Below, piece after piece: positions 24,692 through 25,479 of a stretch of DNA of 25,479 nucleotides. Source of the DNA: an archaeon (GTDB lineage: Archaea > SpSt-1190 > DYHY01). Position 1 is the stretch's first letter. Each line of letters opens with the position of its first letter. The DNA lies in assembly GCA_043803745.1 (NCBI GenBank), contig JAZDJS010000047.1, positions 1 through 25,479 of the forward strand, read 5' to 3'. The notes beneath the pieces were generated by a model. It searched no databases. It worked only from the letters and a program-made list of their open reading frames with translations, and was not told the origin of the DNA. Made by a program: the position numbers and the translations under genes.

Positions 24692-24795
24692 CTTCGCAGT
24701 CCAGTCTCGCCGTGAGCAAGGCAGTTCTGCTTGGAAAGCCGAATACTCTACCGGTTCTGCCGCGGCTTTGCCAATTCCAGCAGACCTGGAAGAAG
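24692..24795 (-). promoter_or_regulatory. Structured 5' leader of rps15 (candidate r-leader)
   Basis: Outer stem TCCAGGTC/GACTGGA, a long hairpin (TCTGC/GCAGA, TTGG/CCAA, AAAGCCG/CGGCTTT) and a short GCC/GGC hairpin. TTTAAA lies at about 24809-24814. Confidence 0.5.
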
Positions 24796-24821
24796 CGCGC
24801 GAAAGGGGTTTAAAAGGTTTT

Positions 24822-25478
24822 TCAGTTCTGCCCCGAAAGGGAATACTGCCTGCTAAGGACGAGGAATTTCGAGCCCAGCTCCCGGTTGTATTTGATTATT
24901 CCTTCGGCGCCAAAATTGTAGCTAATCAGTTCCGGAACTCCCTGAATTTCCTTAAGCACTTCAAATGGCTCAAGAAGGTCGTCTTGGTGACCTTCCCTTC
25001 TTTCCGTAAAGCCTGAACGCTCGTACAAAACCGCGATTGTGACCTTTGCGCCAAGGCCCTTTTCCCGAGGGTCGAGGAGAGCGGGGGGTTCCCATCCAAG
25101 CACTTTTGCAAGGGGATATTCCGCCAATGGATATGCAAAGGGCGGAAGAGCGGGCGCTTCTTTCAGTTGCTCCGCAATCTGGATATTCGGCAAAGGCCTC
25201 GCGCCATCTCCATCCGCAAGGGAAGTCTCCGAAAGGAGGAAGAGGTCAATGTTGCCATGATAATCTTCCTTATCAATGCTCGACCCCGCGACAATCACTG
25301 CCATTTTCCGAGTATCAATTATGTTCTGCTCCCCAATATCGAATCTAGTTCCATTAATCGCTTCAAGAGTCTGATAGACCCGCTCCTGCTCGACCGGAAG
25401 GAGCCGGGAATACCATTTTTCAGCCTGTGTAAATTCCTCTGGCGTCAGGTTCAGGAAAACTTTGGAAAGTTCATTGAC
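24822..25478 (-). CDS. Hypothetical protein with a possible degenerate Pol-beta nucleotidyltransferase motif (5' end outside the window)
   Basis: The frame is open to the window edge (VNELSKVFLNLTPEEF...RKMAVIV). The candidate motif is VIVAGSSIDKEDYHGNIDLFLL. Confidence 0.55.
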   Translation of the reverse strand, partial: VNELSKVFLNLTPEEFTQAEKWYSRLLPVEQERVYQTLEAINGTRFDIGEQNIIDTRKMAVIVAGSSIDKEDYHGNIDLFLLSETSLADGDGARPLPNIQIAEQLKEAPALPPFAYPLAEYPLAKVLGWEPPALLDPREKGLGAKVTIAVLYERSGFTERREGHQDDLLEPFEVLKEIQGVPELISYNFGAEGIIKYNRELGSKFLVLSRQYSLSGQN

Positions 25479-25479
25479 C

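Noticed and set aside
1-25479. CRISPR array, tRNA, rRNA, transposase or integrase genes
   Set aside because: No regularly spaced repeats, cloverleaf with T-loop consensus or recombinase motifs were seen by eye.

Overview
Archaeal chromosomal segment, probably from a DPANN-type lineage (inferred from eS1/uS15, class I CCA enzyme, Taw1, a short singlet histone and TATA boxes about 25 nt before start codons). Housekeeping genes: cca, rnz, taw1, an M24 peptidase, an IMPase, a histone, rps3ae and rps15. Accessory blocks: (1) a MinD-like ATPase, a 560-bp spacer rich in TGTCGR boxes, a coiled-coil/wHTH protein and a double-SHOCT-like protein; (2) a ~105-bp twin-hairpin element resembling joined IS200/IS605 ends; (3) a putative G-protein-like signalling locus (7TM protein, PaaK/F390-synthetase-like adenylating enzyme, small helical protein, two Roadblock/MglB proteins, a degenerate KaiC-GTPase fusion and a second degenerate KaiC/RAD55); (4) a highly structured ~300-nt intergenic region before cca; (5) three tandem Cys-His-Asp triad paralogs; (6) a nucleotidyltransferase plus a 50-aa partner; (7) three divergent GT4-like glycosyltransferase paralogs; (8) a structured leader before rps15. 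No CRISPR array, tRNA or rRNA was seen. All calls come from motif reading by eye; no database searches were run.
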